Origin: Blasia pusilla
Taxonomy: Eukaryota
Direction of reading: 5' to 3'
NCBI GenBank assembly: GCA_050084515.1
Contig: CM114271.1
Location: 26,846,001 to 26,910,000, forward strand
Length of the DNA stretch: 64,000 nt
The notes beneath the pieces were generated by a model. That model did not search any database. It worked only from the letters and a program-made list of their open reading frames with translations, and was not told the DNA's origin. Within the stretch, counting starts at the first letter, position 1. Each line of letters starts with the position of its first letter. The position numbers and the translations under genes were made by a program. Below are positions 14,790 to 28,650 of this stretch, in pieces.

Positions 14790-17700
14790 TGAGTTTTGAT
14801 TTCATGCTGCTATGTTGTGACTGGTAGCCGCTCAACGACGATCGGGTACCGTGTCGTGACGCCCGTAGCCGCAACGCGCCGCCGATTGCCGCGTCGTGCC
14901 GCTCGTGGCCGCACCGCACCGTCTCGATCGCGGAGCCGCTCCGGCATTGTGGAGCAGAGTGGGGGTTTATTTTTGATTCAGGAGCTTATGCCGCCGAGTG
15001 CCGCATCCCATCATCGAAGGCCATGCCGTTCGTAGCCGTTCCGTGCCGCCTGCAACGCCGCACCGTTCCGCTGGAACCGCACCGTCTATCGAGGAGTTTT
15101 GAGCAACGTCAGTACGGGAGGAGTATGACTTGCTGATTGGATTGGAGGATATGTCTCCATGACCAAGTTGGGGTTGAGATTTGTAGTTTCTAAGGAGCGA
15201 TATTGACATGTGTTCATGTTACCCATTCTGGTCCTTTACCCTGTACGTCTGAGGGATTCTGGGATTTTGGTAGTTTATTTGGGGATACTGGGTGTGTGGA
15301 TAATGAGAGCATCATTTATGCATGTGGTTTAGGGGACATAGAAATGTGTGGGATATCCGGAGTTGAAGGTAGGTTATCGATGAAATGATAGCATGGTCGA
15401 TTTGCCCCACCACGCCGCTTATTGCCGCACGTTACATGTCTCGAGGAGGGAGAGTGTAGATCGAGTGCCGCATGTTTGGGATGAGTGATTGAGGGATTTC
15501 TCGCGAGGCAAGAGTGATCAGGTGAGAAGGGAACGAGGGTCATCACGGCGTCCATTCGGGTCTTTGAGAGGCGAGGTGATGAACGTGAGAGTAGCTCTAG
15601 AGGTTTTACGTGGAATGGCGTGAGGTTCCGAGGGTCTTCACTTCAGGGACCACCTCGACCTCCTTCAGTGTCATCGTCAGACAAGGGGAAGGGTGTAGAG
15701 GAGTTTGTGAGCACATCGCCACACATTGTGAGTGGTCCTACTAGTTGGGCGTACGAGATGGACGAGCGACTTAGAGGACCGCATAGGTTTTCAGGTGCAG
15801 TAGGTACGATTGAGTTGCACGATTTCATAGCAGAGTTTAGGAGTTGGTGTGACTCCCAACGGGCCAGGAACTCTAGAGAGTTCAACCCGTTTACAACATG
15901 GAATGGTATGTTCCAGCATTTAGAGGGGGAACCCATGGACGATTACCATGAGTTCTCCCACAGATAAGCCCAGGAGATTGAGGCATGGTGACTCTACTAC
16001 GACCCCCACTATGTGTCATGGACGGACCCGTTCCCAGATGAGGAGGAGGAGTCAGGAGAGGCTACTTCCTCTTCCACTAGTGATGATTTAGGAGGGGTCA
16101 CTCGTACTGGAGCAGTTGCACCGTCTAGTCGGGTTCATCCCAGGTTCAACCCCGTGGTTGAGTTTTTTGCTGAGGTGAGGGCGAGCTACCAAGGGGTACA
16201 GACGGAAAAGTTACGGAGCATCCAAAACTTCCAGAGGCGCCCTGGTGAGAGTTTACGTGAGGCTTACACTCGCTTGCGCCGGTTGATCAACGTCACTCAG
16301 GGGGTGACAGAGGCTAAGGCTATCCAGTCATGGTACGCGATGCTGGACCAGACCCTACGGCCATGGGTGCGGGAGGGGTGCTTCTTATGAACACCTCCCC
16401 TACGTTGAGAGATGTTTTTAGGACCGCCGAGAACATTGAGCGCAACATGGTGGAGGAGAGCGTAGCCACCATGGGTTCTTGGTGAGAGCAGTCGCGATTG
16501 GCTGCACCACCTATGCAACAACGTGGACTCCGAGATAGGTCAACTGTGGCATCACGAGCTCAGGGAGGATACCGGGAGCCCGTGGCACAGAGACCTGCGC
16601 CTTCATATGCGGCTCAACAGAAGCTGCCTACTATTACTTGTTGGTCATGTGGTGGAGCCCATCATCAACGCGATTGCACTCGCCAGGGTCATGGACATGC
16701 GCCTCAACCGGGAGGAGGAGACGGTGCTACAAGGTTAACAATGTGACTATTGTCAGAGGTATGGTCATACATGCACTAGGTATCTTAGTTTACATTCTGA
16801 GTTACGTATGGACCGAGAGCCAGAGAGGGCACCGCGGCGAGTAGCCATTCCGAGTGAGCCTAGAGATCGTGCACCAAGTGGTCCCGTTGGGTGACGAGAA
16901 GCTGGAGTTGCTCGACAGGGTGGTAGAGCTGCCTGTGGAGGAGGTAGAGTACTACCACCTAGACACGCCCAAGGAGACGCCGGACGTGAGGCAGGGATGG
17001 CTGCTCAGATACAGCAGCTACATGAGCAGATTGCCACTATGGCATTGAGGTTACCAGATGTCGAATCCGTGGCATCGACATCATATGGAGCAACCAAAGA
17101 TCTAGAGGATTCTGGTTGGATGTGCGGGGTTGCCCAGATGGAGGCCGCCGCAGTTGTGACGCGTGGAGCAACCGCAGAGTTGGATCCACAGCGAGGGGAA
17201 GCCAGGAAAGAGACTAGGCTTCCTCAGTCTTTCACGTTGGCTGAGGCGATGAGGACCCCATTGATGGGTCCTGATCAGAGTCCTTGGAGAGCTGGTGATG
17301 TTGTTGGTGTGCAGACACGGAGGGCAATGGGAGAAGCAAGTACGACAACTCCTATTTTTGATGCTCAAGAGGGGCATGTGCCGAGCACATTGTTGGGGGC
17401 GGCCACCATTGTGTATCAAACTCCTTTATTTTTTTCTTCCGATGTTATGGCGTTGGGGGGCACGCCCGCTAAGGCTTTTCGGCTGGCCGCTTTACTATGT
17501 AAGCGCAAAGTTGGAGTTCTTGCATCACGTTCAGAGGTGATTGCAGAGGAGGTGATGGACCTGCCCTTGGAAGGGATGCTCGGGCCGTCCACGTGAGATG
17601 CATGGCAGGCTGCGGCTGCTAGGATGGCGGAGATGCCCGCTAGACCCACGATAGAGCGTGCCATGGCTTCTCCTAGTGTTGTGTTGCTGGATAACCGAGG

Positions 17701-20066
17701 AGAGGTATTCCAGTTGGTGAGTCCTGGAGGTAGAGCTTTTAGTCGGCAGCGCATCTTGTTGGATTCAAGAGCGCAACCCTTGATGTTGGGAAAGGCGTCA
17801 TTCAGAGGATTGGGCTTGACGAGAGCCGATGTGGAGTGTTGTCCATTCCGGATTCAGACATCCTTGGGTGGATCGAGTACCTCACAGTATATCACCCAAC
17901 ATGAGGTCGTGGTGAGAATTCGCCCGGGACATCCTACAGATGAGTCCGTGGTGCGAGCCAAGGCGATAGTGATTGATGCATAGTCCTACGACGTCTTGGT
18001 TGGTGGAGCAGTGTTATACCCGATGGGGTTTGCCCCGGATTATTGGGAGGAGTCAGCGTCCTACAGATCAGGATGATAGTCAGGTGATGGGCGCCTTAGT
18101 TCATTACTCATTCGATTCATAGGTCCAATGATTGAGCAACGGCTAGGAGAGATGGCGACCTTAGCAGCATTTAGCAATGCCATCACTTGGCCTAGGATTT
18201 GATTGAGGGACATATCCATGCAGAGGATACTCCCGTTCGTGATATTTCTATGGAGAGGAGTGTTATTGTAGCTGCATCATTCCGTGGAGGAGAGGTGCCG
18301 CTATGGGGCTTGACTGAGAATCTTTGACGATTGGCAGATGAGAACGTGCAGACCGCGTGGAGCGAGGCGTTTGCACCAGAGCGGGATGGGTCTGAGGAAC
18401 CCGAGGTAGCAGGGAGTGCTACGATGACATCCTTAGATACCACACCCATTGTGTGGTGTATCCTGGAGGAGGGTATCCGAGTGTTAGATCTCTTTGGAGG
18501 AATAAGCACCGGGTTATGTGTTGTTTTGCAAGCAGGAGTGCGAGTACAGCTGTACCTATATGTGGAGAGTGTTGATGTTGCGAGGCGCGTCTCACTACGA
18601 CATGTGGCACAGTTACGCCTCCGTTTTCCTGACTTATTGTCTGCGTCCGCGGTACAGGGATACCAGAGTTCCCTACCGAGGGATATTTCCTTGTTCGGGG
18701 CGTAGGACTTAGAGTGGGTAGGGACCATTGATTTGGTCATTGCCGGTTGGCCATATCAGGGCCAATCGAGTGCTGGACGAGGTAGCGGGTTGGTTGACAC
18801 TTGGTCCAGATTGTTTTGGGAGATGTTGAGGTTCTTACGGCAGTTGCAAGAGCACCTGTCTCGTTCTCCAGGCTACATTCTAGAGAATGTGCCGATCTAA
18901 GGAGACTCCAGGTCACGGGTGGTGACGAGTGCTCATCATGTGCATGCCTCGATCGGCCCAGCAGTGTTCTTGGATGCGGCGAGTGTAGGTTCTAGAGCCC
19001 ATCGCCCGCGTCTATGGTGGACCAACTTGTTGCCCCATGCGGTGTTAGGGAGGGCGTATGCGAGAGTGGAGCGCCCCTCCCATTTGTTAGTGGATTCCAT
19101 TCTAGATCCAGGTTGTCGATCACAAGCAGTGAGGCACGATGATCGACCACCGCTGACTGTGGTCAACAGGGTAGGCAGGCCGCCGACAGCCTTTCCCACG
19201 TTTGTGAGTTTTCTCGCTTCCTATGCATACAAGGAGGCCGCTCCTGGCTTGGTTTGGGATGACCAGGTTTAGAGGTTGGTGGAGCCCAACGCCGACGAGA
19301 GAGAGTGGGCGATGACGGCAATCTCGTCAGTATCTGAGGCATCACGACGCCATGTCTTGGGTCAGGCGATGGACTTGAACTGCTTGACATGGATCTTCAG
19401 CTTGGGGGTGGCTGAGCAGCGTCGGATGAGATCGCTACAGATCACAGCGGTTGCGTTGTGAGCCCCATGCCTACCGAGACGGTGGAGGCACTGGCTGGGG
19501 GCGAGACCCAAGGAGATTGACACACCAGGGGAGATTGAGAGAGACACCCTTGGACTTCTTGGGATGTTTTGCAGGTACGGCAGGAGATGATAGCCACAAC
19601 ATCGAGCGTGGTTGTGAGCACTGCATGTGGAGGAGATCAGAGTTTGCAGTTGGCTGCAGAAGACCAGCCGAGCGTTGATGTTCGAAACGGGGTTGCACCA
19701 TAGCAACCACCAATACCCGCGCCAGAGAGTGCTACCGTAGTCACGATGGAGACTTGGGAGCCAGATATGGGCCCTAAATTGACAGGAGTAGAGCGGCGCC
19801 GGATACATATGTTCCTCACGAATTATAGGAGTTGCTTTGCATTTAGCATGGAGGATTTGGGTACCCTGAAGGGAGCGGGTATCCGCATTTAGTTTTCGAG
19901 TGATACGCCAATCTACCGACAACCCTACAGGTACAGTGATATTGAGAGGGCTCTGATTCAGAGTAGGAGCCAGGACTTGGTCAGAGCAGGACTAGTGGAG
20001 ATGTCCGATGGGGAGTATGCATGTGCCACTGTCATGCGTGCCAAGAAGGATGTGCATGGCAACTGG
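14790..20066 (+). mobile_element. 3'-truncated Gypsy-type retroelement, gag-protease-DNMT3-like MTase-(start of RT); copy 1
   Basis: Gag (FQRRPGESLREAYTRLRRL; knuckle-like CWSCGGAHHQRDC); protease ILLDSRAQPLMLGK; MTase motifs at 18470-19400; RT start IYRQPYRYS..GLVE..EYACATVMRAKKDVHGN, then an abrupt break. Collinear with 47350-51660. 5' boundary approximate. Confidence 0.88.
18470..19400 (+). pseudogene. DNMT3-like C5 cytosine methyltransferase domain inside retroelement copy 1
   Basis: Motif I GIRVLDLFGGI; IV IDLVIAGWP(Y)QG with catalytic C mutated; LFWEMLR; VI YILENV; VIII AHRPRLWWTNL; IX/X EPNADERE..RRHVLGQAMD. Confidence 0.88.
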
Positions 20067-20474
20067 AGCCTAATTCAAAGATTAATTAGGCTCCATATTA
20101 TTTTTGAGAAAGTATGATCCATTATTTCACAAATGTATGATAGATAAAACACATGGAGATGCAAATATGGAGGGGGTTTCTTATCGTAAACCGAGATTTT
20201 ATGCATAAGACTAAGACAAGCATATCCATACAAAATTTCACCAACTTATCTTCACATATTAAAATTTTATTCAAAGAGAAAGAAGACACAACAAATGCTA
20301 TTAGATCTAAAAAGACTTCGACCCCAAAGGAAAGATAGATGTTTCCACTAACGCAACATCCGTGTCTTCATCATAATATGGAAGGGTTTTCCCGAATTTT
20401 ACTTAATTTATAAATATTAAAATCGTAAAATCTTAAAATCTCCACATTTTAGACAAATAATACTTTCGAAGATT

Positions 20475-21990
20475 CTAATATAAATAAATAAGTATATATA
20501 TAAATATAAATATACTCTATGAACCTATGAACCAACCGCGGGCCTTGAAAAGAATTCACCTCTCGGGAAAAACGTTGATTCTCGCCGAAAGGAGAAGAGG
20601 AAGACCGGACGGCGGTGGAAAGAAATGAGATATATTTTGACTTTGACCGCCTGTGACAAAACCTTCTCCCACCACGTACGTAAAGACCCCTTTAAAAGGT
20701 GCAACATTGACGCAAGCTTCGGGTGCCCCGGGGGCATGATGAGAGAGGGAGCGGTCGCTTCGCTATAAAGCTCCTCCCTCCCATTTTCTTGCGCCACAAC
20801 ATTTTCGAAGGAAAGGGGGAGGGTGGCTCAAGCGGGTCCATGGTTTTGTTGGGACATTTTTCTCATCATACTTTCTTAGAAAGGGCTAACGCCCTTTCTA
20901 AGAAGCTCCATGTGAGTGCAGGTAATCAGTTCTTGTTTAATTTTCCCTATACTAAGTTACGATTTGATTAGGAAAGAGGTTTTTTAATATTTTTTTTGGT
21001 TTTAAGATAAATTTAAATTAAAAAATAGAATCTCAAAAACAAATTGACCCTTTTTAATTATCATTTTTCCCTTTTATAAATTAAAATTATTATTTCAAAA
21101 TTTAGGAAAAAATATAACTTTTAATTTCAAGTTAATTTTGGAAGGGAAATAAAATATTGCTTTAGAAATATGTCGTTTAATCTCGTTTTCAGGTTTAATT
21201 GTGAGGGATTTGTTAAGGATATTTTGAGACAAACTTTGGATCAAAATGAATGGAATTTTTTAACTTATTGAGAAACTTTGAAGACCTCTATCCAAATTTT
21301 CCATGACTTCAGAATTTTTTCTTAATTTTATCCTATACTAAGCAGAAAAAAAGAAAGGGCAAGGTTTTCATAATAATTAATTATTTATAATTAACTCAAA
21401 TTCAAATTGTTTGAATTTGAGTTCATTATAAATAAATAATTAACCATAGAGTTCTAGGGCTAAACCCAATGAAATCTTCTAGAGTCTCTATCTATCTCTT
21501 TTTTAATCTTTCCTCATTTAAAATTTAAAATTATTTTTTCAAGTTTCATGAAAACGAAATTTAAAGTTTAGTTTTGAGGGGAAATGAATGTTTCTTTTGG
21601 GAAAGAAAGAAAGAGATAATAGGACACTAATGGTAAAATAATTATTCTTAAAAATAAAGGAAGACATATTATTTCTATTTTATTTTTAGCTTTCAAGTTA
21701 GATTGGGGGAAAAATTTAATCCCTCTTTTGAGGAAAAAATTCAGCAAAATAAGTGATTTACTTTTATTTATTTAAATATGGGGATTGGAAAAGGGGTAAA
21801 TTATTTTTTCAAAATTAAGAACAGAAAATCTATGAAAATTTTCTTGAACCAAGTTAAATGTATTATAAAAATATGAATCTTTTTTATTTATTTTTATTAA
21901 AAAATGAGTTTTATTCATTATCTGCACTCTAATTTCACATTATATTCTTCTACATGTGAGTCACCCGATGCATCGCACGGTGATTACTAG
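20475..21990 (+). mobile_element. Putative non-autonomous Helitron (3' end clear, 5' end tentative)
   Basis: 3' end tcacccgatgcatcgcacggtga-ttaCTAG|T at 21961-21991 resembles the end at 14319. AT-rich body with an internal hairpin at ~21380-21440. Confidence 0.55.
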
Positions 21991-21999
21991 TATTTTAAG

Positions 22000-23560
22000 T
22001 TTGTGTTCAACGCCCCGTTTGTCCCTCAACAGAAAAAAATTCTCCATGGGACCCCATTGATGATCTTACGAGGATTGGTGACCCTCAAGTCGCCTTCGGC
22101 ATTCTCTCTTCTTGTTTTGCTCGTAGACCTGGTTATCTCACTAGAACTGTCTGGACATCTGGTCACCTTTCTTCCCTATATAGATCCTTTGATAGGAAGC
22201 TCATGCAGGTGTTTGGGGATCTTCTAGGACCCGGCTCCTTAGAGTGCCCCATGGGGGAGTTAGCTCGTAGACAGGCCTCTTGGCCGATTTCTTTTGGTGG
22301 AGTAGGTCTTCTCTCGACCGAGTTAGTGGCGCCCTCCACTTTTTTAGGGAGTTGGGCCATAGTGGCACCCCTCTTTTGCTCCCGATTTTTGGTTAGAGAT
22401 AGACCGCTCCTTCTACACTACGTCTCCCAGGTCGAGGATGGCTCTTTCCCACTTCAGTCTTCACTCACACTTGTAGAGATTCCTTGAGTTGAGGCCGAGC
22501 CGTTCTCCCCACTTTCTCCTCCTTAGTTACCTCCGGTCGATGCCGGGCTCCAATCTTCCTTGATGGAAGCCCACTTTGAGGCAGTTTTTAGAGGCACTAT
22601 GTCGGACGGGAATATCCCCATGGAGGTTAGGGCCCGATTCGCTCTTGCTCGGAAAGGGGGGAGGCTCATGGGTAGGGGCGCCCCTTCTCCAGCTTTCCGA
22701 TCGCACCACTTACCTATACCTATACCACAGCGATGCGGTTCCGCTTGGGCCTCCCCAACCATCGGTGGTTGGTTCGACACACCGCGAGTGTCGCCGAGCC
22801 TGGATCCACTTGGTGTGCATTTGGCACGCTTTGTCGATTGGGGTGAGAGGATAGCCACTCACGATGCAAAGGCGGGATATCATGTTGATTGCTCGGGAGA
22901 GTGGCTTCCATGTGCAGAGAGAGAGGCACTACTCCATGCGGGATTCCCTCATTCGTGCCGATCTCTACATGACACGTGAGGTGAGGTGGTTGTGGCGGGA
23001 CGTGGTAGTCACAGATCCCTACGCGGGAGGCGGCGAGCCCAAGTGGTGGCCCAAGGCGAATGCTACAAGGAGCGGCGGGGCGGCGAAGAAGACACATATC
23101 TCTGATCGACTACACGAGGACACATCTTCATCCCCCGGCCATAGAGATGTATGGGGCTATGGGGGAGGTTCGACTCGTTCTTACGGATCTGCGCCCATCA
23201 TCTCCACTCGAGAAATGGGTTGTCCTTAGCTATCTGCGATTCTCATTGTAAGGCGGCGGGTCTCCATAGCGTTGCGGCGTGCCCAGGCTAATGGGATTTT
23301 GCGGCGGGCTCAGGCTGTGGGAGACGTCGGCGCTAGAGGCCCACTTAGTAGTAGTCATAGCTCTCTTGTTGTTGCTGATATTGTCTCTGCTGTTGGTGAG
23401 TTTCGTCGTTAGGTGGGGGAATGCCCCCTTCTTCCTTTTCTGGTCGTGTTGTGGCCTTCAGGTTTTGACTCTTTGAGTCCCCCTCTTTTGTACTTCCGAT
23501 GGGTTTTCCATCACTCGTTTTTATCGGAGTGCATCTTTGTTCTAAGTGATGCCAAAAAGA
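22000..23560 (+). mobile_element. 5'-truncated non-LTR retrotransposon with restriction-like endonuclease (CRE/R2-type), pseudogenised
   Basis: QASWPISFGGVGL..APSTFLGSW (post-RT region); G.H...GERIATHD (degenerate Zn knuckle); RADL...DVVVTDP and PAIEMYG (RLE PD-D motifs); RRVSIALRRAQA; ends in an A-rich tail at ~23553. Confidence 0.72.
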
Positions 23561-25560
23561 AAGAAGATGTCCACTCACAAAGGCATTAATGTTGGATCTT
23601 CTTCTTGCTTCTCTCCACTGCATCATCCCCAGCCACATACGTATATCCCTACACAAATAATAATAATAATAATAAAGACGCTCCTCTCTGGTTGAGGGAA
23701 GTGGCATTTAATCGTCCCACAACTCGTGTGGAACCCAAGATTCCCATTTGAGCTAAACCCTTCATTTGTGGGGCAAACACCATACGATTTTGCGTACCAT
23801 CAAATTTCCGAAAGCCAAGTGTTGAAGAAAATAAGGTGGGCTAATGTGATGTCCTTGACTCCTTGAGGGATGGAAGTATGATTTGGATTTTCTTCATGGA
23901 GGTAGCTTTTTCACTTGGTTTAAATTTTTTTATGAAATCTTGGAGTAGTTGATATCAAACGAGTAAATGGCTATGGGAGGTGAACATCTGAAATTGGAGA
24001 GGGTTTGGATGATATAGAGGAGTGGTGTGAAAGTGTGTAACGTAGTAGTCATAAGTGAAAAAAAAATTTACTCTCATGAAAATTCATATGAAAAAAATGT
24101 CCGAACATAGAAAGAAGACATATTAGTTTTAAAATGGAGAGCTTAAACCAAAAGGGAAAGAAACGTCACTTTTTGGAGGAAGAAATTCTCTTGATCAGTA
24201 ATATAGATGGGATAAAATCTACATTATTATTAAAGACACCCTTCCCGCAGTCAAATATGATAACTTTCATTAACACGAGTTCACTAAGTTGCTCATTTTT
24301 GGGGCTGATTAAATTATTTTAGAGCACTTATGGCTAATTTAAATTACCCATCATTTTTAACCTCTGCATCTTACAGGTAACGAATATTAATAATTATAAA
24401 TGCATATCCTTCAATATGGATAGGAACATGCTCTTATAGTTACTACAAAATGCAATATTTTCATTATTAGTTTATGAATATTCATGAAATAAAATTGCAT
24501 TTGATAATCCTAGTGGATGTTGTTCGATTGCAAATGGTTTATTCCGAAAAGAAAGTGTTGCACAAGGACACAAGTTGCTTCAAGAAGTCTGAATTAAATT
24601 ATATACCCATGTGCTCAAAATTAATACTCTAAATTATGGAACCCATGTAGCTCATAAGTGAAGTTTAAAAAATAAATTAAATGGAAATTTTATATAAAAA
24701 ATATAGAAATATTGATGTCTAAAGAAAATTATTCGATGGGTTTTTTTTCTCTCTCTTTAATTTTTGGGCAGCTATTCCAATGTGTTGACTTTTGTATGGA
24801 ATTAAATACACATAAGCCACATATCCACGAGTTGATAATTGTAAAATTAGTATTTTCTTGGAATCTCCATGGTGTGGGCTAGGCTTCTATGAGAAAAGGA
24901 AAGTTAAAAGAAAAATTATATATGATGGTCTCAAAGCAAGATCAAAACAAGAAAATATTGTTGCAACTGGGATGCTCATATGACATGGCTAAACCGTACT
25001 TTTGTCCATCACACAATGGGAAAAAGTATGGTCCTTGAAAGGATTTTGAAGTTTAGAATATTTCTATTGAGGAGGCTTGCTTGGTGGTGATATTGACATG
25101 ATACTTTTGGTCTTTTGTATATTTTCAAATATAATATAAAACGTGGTATGATAAATGTCATAATATAAACTACTTAGTCTTCATAGATTAATTTGGAAGT
25201 TTATAGTCTCTGTGGGCGTGGGGCTTGCATGGCGGGCTGAGCGTGGGTTGGGAGCTAGTAGGGGGCTGGCATGGCGGGCTGGGCACGGGTTGGGGGCCGG
25301 CAAGCGGCGCCCATCTCGCCATACGGGCTCCTACTGCCCCCCAAAGGATAACATTTTTATTTTTCCAATATTCAACACCAGTCGTCCATGGAGATATATA
25401 ATAAAATCCTATTCAAGTAGGAGGATGGATAATGATGTACTAAATGAATTTGTAGAGGAAACTTATTAAGGGTAAAAACAGCTAGGTTTCAAATCTACAT
25501 CTATATCTCTATTGTTGGTAACACCCTCTAGCACTAAATGACAAAATAGTCCAACCTTAT

Positions 25561-25592
25561 CTAGTAAGAACGCCCATGCCATGCACCGGCTT
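25561..25592 (-). mobile_element. Helitron-type 3' terminus (minus strand)
   Basis: Reverse complement reads gccggtgcatggcatgggcgttcttaCTAG, the same hairpin+CTAG family as 14319 and 58263. Confidence 0.5.
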
Positions 25593-26488
25593 AGAGTGAT
25601 TGTGATCTTAACATGGGTATTTTCTATCGATTTCCTAGCCCTTCTCATGACGCCCTCACAAAATTATTTGAACACTTGTGTGGATGAAACTAACCTCACA
25701 TGCAAGTCGTGAAGATATGAATTTCGATGTTTCATTTCTTGTAGATTTTTTTTCTTTTTACTCTCCTTTCTCCTACTTATAGTAATCCCCATGTGTTTCG
25801 TTAATAATATAGATTTTTCGAGGATAATAGCAGTTTTCTTTGCAAGAGCCTATGTTCTTAACATAGGATATTAGGATAATAGGAAATATATTCTCACACT
25901 ATGCGCAAAAACAATTACTTATTTGGTTGCACAACTATAAGTTGTGAGTATGATATAAACTCAAATGTAGTAATAATTAGAGCACATAGTCATTATTTTT
26001 CAAAAACCTAAATTTCTTGACCCATATTTTCCCTCGCGATTATTCATCTTCAGATTAGGCCATGAAGGGTGAGAGTCGAGTTAAGCGAGGAGGGACACTG
26101 GGGCAAAAGCAAACTTCGCATCCAGATTCGAACACACAAGCTGTTGTTCTGCAGGGGGAGGAATTGCCCATTGTGCTAGAGTCTCCAATGACTCTCTATT
26201 ATGCTAGAAGTAAGGAGAACGTAAAATATTTATTCTTATTTTACAAGAGAAATCCAAAGAGGGATTAGGGTTAACTGACCCAACCTTGGGTTAGAAAACT
26301 CGAGGATGAAAAGGCGCGGGGATATTTTTTGTGAAAGGAATGTCACATTATTCAAGCTTAAGGTGTGTAGTCATGTAATGAAGTGTAGGTGGAACTAAAT
26401 AAACATAAAGAGGACTGAGTTCTAATGCATGATTTCAATTTAATTTTTGCATGGCATTGATCATAAACTAATTAGTTGTATAGTCATA

Positions 26489-26699
26489 CTAGCGTAGGCT
26501 CTTGTGATGCACAGGTTTAAATAACCTCCCAAAATAATAAATCCTAATTAAACTCTCAAAATTATCATGTGCCATTTTAAATCAACTTTGAAAAATTCTA
26601 TTGGCTCTTAAAATGAGTGATGCTATTGGTTGAGAGTGCCAAGTGTCAAGATGAGAGTAGTTTGCAAAATGAAGCAGCACTCTACAATAATAATATAGA
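26489..26699 (-). mobile_element. Mini-Helitron, degenerate
   Basis: Minus strand begins TCTATATTATTATTGTAGAGTGC and ends cctgtgcatcacaagagcctacgCTAG|T. Both ends match the 58263-58433 element. Confidence 0.65.
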
Positions 26700-27233
26700 G
26701 TGTAGTCTTCCTTTTAACTCTTTTTATTATCATCCACGAGTCAATTTAGAAATAGAGAATTTGAGCACTATGAAGACATTTTAGAAGGGTATGGCGTGTC
26801 TCTCTTACCCATATTTAACATTCTATCATTTTCCTTCTTGTTCAATATTTACTTTGAAGTTATCTATAGAATTTTTTAATCATGAAGCTTTAAGATGTAA
26901 AAAAAATACAACTCAGCCGAAGGTATTAGATTAATACCAAAACTTGTTAATTGATGGATCAATTTAACCTTGGAATTAAAAAACGTTTCCTAGCATTTCT
27001 TGCGGGGGATTTGGAGCATGAGTGCTAATAAGTCTATGTATGCATCTCTATCATAGTCATTAGAGGACGGGGTCTTAATCCAAGGAATTTTTCGGAATTA
27101 ATAACTACTATTTGAATGACTCTTGCGGTGCAAGAAGTTAAACTAAAAAATATTCTAACAAAAATATCTCTAATTAATGAAATTGAAGTTTATTTGCAAA
27201 ATCCCCTTTGTCGAAGGCATGACCTGGAAGCAT

Positions 27234-27238
<5 letters not shown>

Positions 27239-27264
<26 letters not shown>

Positions 27265-27268
27265 AAAT
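27239..27268. repeat. (TAAA)n microsatellite
   Basis: About 7 tandem taaa units. Confidence 0.9.
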
Positions 27269-27779
27269 ATTTTGGGTCTCTTCATAGCACCCGCTCCCTC
27301 TAGTTTGAACAAAGGGCGTATGGTGGGTATAGAGCATTATAAATTTCTCTAACCTCGATGATAGTTTAGATTTTATATTACATAAATTCCTTAATAATAT
27401 ATGTTCGTATTTTATTGTCTACTCTTAAAAGATGTCAAATATTAAATCCCGTGCTCGTATTTCTCCTCCCGCTAGAATTAAATTTCCATGATAATCATAT
27501 TGAAACTTACAAGGAAACCTATCATTTAATTTTCTAGCGCTAGAGAATCTAGAATTTATTCAGATTTTTAATCAAAATTCCACAATATTTTGACCAAAGT
27601 AAATTTTCATCGACGAGAATATTTTGCAGTGTTCCCACGGGAAAATTTTCATTGATTTTCCTTTGCAGATGGAGTCTAATATTCTCTTCCTGACCATTTT
27701 AATGAAGATTTCATCAAAGTTTTTAATGAGATATTGAAACAGTTTTCACCCTCCTCCTGCTCTTTGCCCAATTAAGGTA

Positions 27780-28650
27780 CCAAACGGCTGAGGCGCAAAT
27801 GGTCCAGACCTAAATAATTGTCGGATGACGAGTGATACACACATAGAGGAGCATCTGGAGGAAACGACCGATGGGGCACACAATTAAAGGGCGATGATGT
27901 GGTTGCCTTTAGGGTCGTACTCCAACGTCGGAACGGTCACGTCGCCGATCGACGATCAATCTCATCCGCCTTTGACGACGGAGTAATTACTCCTCCGACG
28001 TTCGGGGAGCGTTGGGCCTCCGCTATCTACTTTTGCCGGAGCCGCCCGGTCGTCGGCGAGCGGTGAGGGAAACCGCCCTAGGGTTAATCTACCCGGGTTC
28101 GGCGACCTGAGTACTGGATGTGGGCCGTTGACAGGGTGCCAGATAGCCGGTCGAAGGGGTTGGTCCCGGGCGCGCGGTTACAAGCGGGGCCGGTGAGTCG
28201 GTGAAAGGGCCAAAACAGCGGAGGAGGAGCGCGTGGTAACAGTGAGTCAAGCGCGCACACTAGCGGCGCCGGGACTCGGTACTAGAACGGTGCATTAGAA
28301 CATGGACCGTTCGACGCCGGTGAGTGAGAGCTGCCCGGCGCGGGCGCGGGCGGTTTACTCCTCGTTTTCACGGAGAGGAGAGGGCGAAGGCGGATCCCTC
28401 TAATTTTACCTCGTGAGTTTATCCTACCCTAAACCCCTCTCGCGGAGATCTGTTGCCCCCCCGGTCGCTCTGCTTCCTCGTCAGCGCTCGCTCGCTCTCG
28501 CCATCTCGTTCGGCACTGCAGCTCTCGTGCTGGAGAGGCTTGGTTCGCGGTTGCGTCGATCCGTCGCGTTGCGCCTGTTTCAATTCGTGGAGGCTGTTAT
28601 GTTTCTGCTGTTTCGAGAGCGTGTCCGGGGGATGGGTCGGTGGAGGGTAA
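27780..28650 (+). promoter_or_regulatory. CpG-rich promoter/5' region of the WOX gene with telo-box-like motifs
   Basis: Sharp GC/CpG enrichment relative to the flanks. ccctagggtt at ~28076 and ccctaaaccct at ~28427. Followed by 5'UTR/intron-like sequence up to the acceptor at 29783. Confidence 0.55.
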
